From NCBI GenBank assembly GCA_050329555.1, contig JBHJOQ010000007.1:211-64210 (forward strand): a DNA stretch of 64,000 nt, in the 5' to 3' direction. The position numbers were made by a program, and so were the translations under genes. Every line of letters starts with the position of its first letter. Within the stretch, counting starts at the first letter, position 1. This document shows positions 61,357 to 64,000 of the stretch, one piece after another. Below the pieces are notes generated by a model. That model was not told where the DNA came from, ran no database searches, and saw only the letters and a list, made by a program, of their open reading frames with translations. Source of the DNA: Acidimicrobiia bacterium. GTDB taxonomy: Bacteria; Actinomycetota; Acidimicrobiia; Spongiisociales; ZC4RG35.

Positions 61357-61568
61357 ACCGGACTTGCCCCCTATCGACTGCACGTCACGTGGCCGGAGCG
61401 CGACGAAGGGCGGATCATCGAGATCCCCCGGGATGAGAGATCGAGTCGATTTCGGAGGTTGAGACGAGACCGAGGGGTCGCCAACCCGAGAACGACGAAG
61501 ACTGACCGGAACAACCCGACCCCACCCGACCGACGGTGAAGTGGGAGTTTTCGGTTAGCGTCGCTGCA

Positions 61569-62258
61569 ATGGAACTTGTCGTACACGACTCCCCTGCCGC
61601 GGTTGCCAGCGCCGTCAGCTCATCGGTGTCTAAGGAGATCAACGAAAAGGCCACAAAAGGGAAGACTGCGTTTTCTCTCGGGCTGGCGGGTGGCTCCACT
61701 CCTGAATCGACCTACAAGAAACTGGCCGCAACCTCCACCGATTGGCAGAACGTGACGGCGTGGCTCGCCGATGAGCGCTGGGTTCCCCACAACTCTCCCC
61801 GCTCCAACGGCCTGATGGCAGCCCAATCACTCTTCGACCATGTGCCGGGCAAACTGGTCCGACCGCAGTTCTCCGAGGAGTTAGAGCCAGAGCAGTCGGC
61901 GGCCCGGTATGGCCTTCTCCTCCGTGACCTTCACCTCGATTCACCGCCGGACCTGATCCTCCTCGGGCTCGGCGACGATGGACACACCGCGTCGCTATTC
62001 CCCGGTTCGATGGCCCTCGACGAGACCCAGCACCGTTATGTGTCCAACGTGATCCCCGAGACCGGTGAGATCCGGCTCACGGCCACCTACCCCCTGCTGA
62101 ACACCGCCCGCAGGATCCTTTTCCTCGTCGTCGGGGAGACAAAGGCCATGGCGCTGGAAGCCAGCCTGGCCGGAGACACTCCGGCGGGAAGAGTCGGCGG
62201 GAAGGAGACGAGGGTCGAATGGCACGTAGATCGCCAGGCCGCCTCGCTGCTCTCCTGA
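61569..62258 (+). CDS. pgl: 6-phosphogluconolactonase
   Basis: Start MELVVHD (61569). LGLAGGSTP, ADERWVP, LLGLGDDGHTASLFPG. Confidence 0.85.
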   Translation: MELVVHDSPAAVASAVSSSVSKEINEKATKGKTAFSLGLAGGSTPESTYKKLAATSTDWQNVTAWLADERWVPHNSPRSNGLMAAQSLFDHVPGKLVRPQFSEELEPEQSAARYGLLLRDLHLDSPPDLILLGLGDDGHTASLFPGSMALDETQHRYVSNVIPETGEIRLTATYPLLNTARRILFLVVGETKAMALEASLAGDTPAGRVGGKETRVEWHVDRQAASLLS

Positions 62259-63112
62259 TTTCGGCGGCCTTGCTCGCCGCTTGCTCCGGTAGCGGCGACG
62301 ACACAACTACCGATGGTGCCGCCACGTCGCTCGCCACCACGACCACAGCTGCTCCTCCGACCTCAACGACCGTTGAGGACACGTCAACCACCTCACCTAC
62401 GGCAACCACTACCACCTCGCCGACTGATACGGGTGTGGGCATCCCGGAAGGTGACGGCACCTTCCCCGCAGTTGTCCTCGTACACGGCGGCGGTTGGGTC
62501 GTGGGCAGCCCGGCGACGATGATTGCCCTCGCCGACTATTTCAACCTCCGGGGTTATCTCACGGTCAATACTGCTTATCGATTGTCGATCAACTCACCCG
62601 GTTTCCCCGGTGCAGTCGAAGACGTCAGCTGTGCCGTCGCCCGCGCCGGCAGCCATCCGAAGTCGAATGGGGAGGTCACCATCATCGGGCACTCGGCCGG
62701 CGCTCACATCGGGGCGATTGTCGCACTGGCCGCCGACAGCTTCGACGATCGCTGTGCGCCCCCCGATTCGGGCTCTCCGGCCCGGTTCGTTGGCCTGGCC
62801 GGTCCATACGACATCGAGCGTGTCGGCGGGATTGTCGTGGCATTCTTCGGAGTGGACCAGGAGGTGGATCCCGGATTGTGGGCCTCAGGCAATCCGATGA
62901 ACCTCGTGGGCGACGACACCGATCTCGAGGTGTTGCTGATCCATGGTGACGCCGACGGATTGGTCCCGGTCGACTTCTCCGAGTTGTTTGCGACAAATCT
63001 GGAGGCAGGCGGAGTGCCGGTGGAGCTTGCCATTCTCCCGGGGATAAACCACTCCCGGGTCACCTTACCGCAGGTGGTCGGCGATCTGATCGTGGACTGG
63101 ATCGAGGGATAG
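62219..63112 (+). CDS. Alpha/beta hydrolase lipoprotein (esterase/lipase, HGGG type)
   Basis: Lipobox LLAACSG, Thr-rich linker, VLVHGGGWVVGS, GHSAGAH, IHGDADGLVP. Confidence 0.8.
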   Translation: MARRSPGRLAALLISAALLAACSGSGDDTTTDGAATSLATTTTAAPPTSTTVEDTSTTSPTATTTTSPTDTGVGIPEGDGTFPAVVLVHGGGWVVGSPATMIALADYFNLRGYLTVNTAYRLSINSPGFPGAVEDVSCAVARAGSHPKSNGEVTIIGHSAGAHIGAIVALAADSFDDRCAPPDSGSPARFVGLAGPYDIERVGGIVVAFFGVDQEVDPGLWASGNPMNLVGDDTDLEVLLIHGDADGLVPVDFSELFATNLEAGGVPVELAILPGINHSRVTLPQVVGDLIVDWIEG

Positions 63113-63116
63113 ACCA

Positions 63117-63989
63117 CTAGATCCGGGTGATATTGCGCGGTGTGCTCCGCGGGCCGAACTTGGGGGCGGGACCGAGTTGGTGGAGAAGGCGGATCACCCG
63201 GCCCCGGTGCGGCTGGAACTCCTCCAGGAGCTCCAGCATCTGCTGATCGGTGCCTCGTGCCCTGCCGGCAAGGTGATAGACCACCAGGTTCTTGATGTGG
63301 TAGTCGCCGACAGGCACCTGGTCGGCGTCGCCGTGGCTGCGGGCGAGAGTCTCGGCAACCGTCCACGGGCCGACACCACCGAGGGTGAGAAGGGCTTCGG
63401 CTGCGGCGCTGGCCCCGACACCGGCCAGAGACTCGATCAACGGTGCGTTTCGGGCCGCGTTGATAAGGGTCTCGGCGCGTTTCTTCTCCAGGTGCAACGG
63501 ATGGAGATCCCAGTAACGCGCCCCGGCGATTCGCTCCGGGTCGGGAGGGAGCATCAACCCTGCGGCGGGTCCGGGAGCAGGATCGGAGAACACGCGTCCC
63601 AGCCCGGCCATCGCCCGGCCCGCTTCGGTACCCGTCACCTTCTGGCCCACAATTGCTACCACCAGCTGGGAGAAGACGTCTCCGGTCGCAGCGAAGCGGA
63701 GGCCCGGGTTCCTTCTGTGCAGCTCGGAGACCAACGGGTGCCCGGTGGCAAACGTTTCGGTGTCCTCGAGTCCACCAATACCCGCCAGTCGCTCGAGCAG
63801 GCAGCCGGCACCTCCACCCCAAGCTTCCCCGTCCAGGGTCGTGGCGGTTCTGGTCACCCGCAGCGTGGCAGGGCCATTCGCGGTCCGTGCCGTATACCAC
63901 CAGCCGCCATCCCGGAAGGCCCCATTGAGGGGGGCGAGGGTTTTCTTCAGGTCGAGGAAGCCCGTGATCGGTATCGAAACTTTCGCCAC
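63117..63989 (-). CDS. DNA-3-methyladenine glycosylase II (AlkA-like, HhH-GPD)
   Basis: 290 aa. HhH LLTLGGVGPWTVAETL, catalytic-Asp context VPVGDYHIKN. Confidence 0.8.
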   Translation of the reverse strand: MAKVSIPITGFLDLKKTLAPLNGAFRDGGWWYTARTANGPATLRVTRTATTLDGEAWGGGAGCLLERLAGIGGLEDTETFATGHPLVSELHRRNPGLRFAATGDVFSQLVVAIVGQKVTGTEAGRAMAGLGRVFSDPAPGPAAGLMLPPDPERIAGARYWDLHPLHLEKKRAETLINAARNAPLIESLAGVGASAAAEALLTLGGVGPWTVAETLARSHGDADQVPVGDYHIKNLVVYHLAGRARGTDQQMLELLEEFQPHRGRVIRLLHQLGPAPKFGPRSTPRNITRI

Positions 63990-64000
63990 AATCCATGATC

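Noticed and set aside
61168-61568. c-di-AMP (ydaO-type), TPP or other riboswitch in the long intergenic region
   Set aside because: Fragments such as CGCAATGAATC, CCGAAC and CUGAGA-like strings are present, but I could not assemble the conserved helices of any riboswitch class by eye. It is kept only as an unexplained structured region.

Overview
High-GC, actinobacterial-type chromosomal segment; the taxonomy is inferred from gene content and synteny, not from a search. I support about 60 protein genes, one tRNA-Leu(UAA) and one IS3-family insertion sequence. There are no rRNA genes and no CRISPR array. From 20 to 64 kb the window is mostly minus-strand housekeeping core: pyk, tupBCA-like tungstate ABC transporter, gatCAB, dapE/dapD, ligA, mnmA plus cysteine desulfurase, a Pat-type acetyltransferase, ppx, a DUF501 protein, ftsB-like, eno, mazG, mfd, glpK, pth, rplY, pgl and an alkA-like glycosylase. 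The block mfd-mazG-eno-ftsB-like-DUF501-ppx matches, from memory, the Mycobacterium Rv1020-Rv1026 neighbourhood. The first 17 kb is more accessory. It holds two tandem P-loop GTPases (the first is cut by the window edge and is missing from the ORF track) and a homoprotocatechuate ring-cleavage core (hpaD, MarR regulator, hpaE-like ALDH). It also holds a 3.7-kb, visibly lower-GC island (5.9-9.6 kb) and an unusual amine cluster. The island has a 61-nt duplicate of the ALDH 3' end, two orphan small genes, a DUF222-HNH nuclease and an intact IS3 element. The amine cluster (10.6-17.0 kb) combines a GS-like ligase, a PuuD-like amidohydrolase, a P450, a PLP decarboxylase, an ADC-superfamily enzyme and an FAH-family enzyme. 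The most unusual local signal is at 17.0-17.5 kb. An ArsR/SmtB thiolate-type metal sensor is divergent from a 17-codon Cys-rich micro-ORF (MSLRENDAGCCDDNCCC). The micro-ORF has a strong Shine-Dalgarno site, a three-box operator upstream and its own hairpin downstream, and it sits hidden inside a spurious long ORF. Many long ORFs in the six-frame track are antisense shadows typical of high-GC DNA and were rejected. All function calls rest on motif recognition by eye and on memory of the families. No database search was run.
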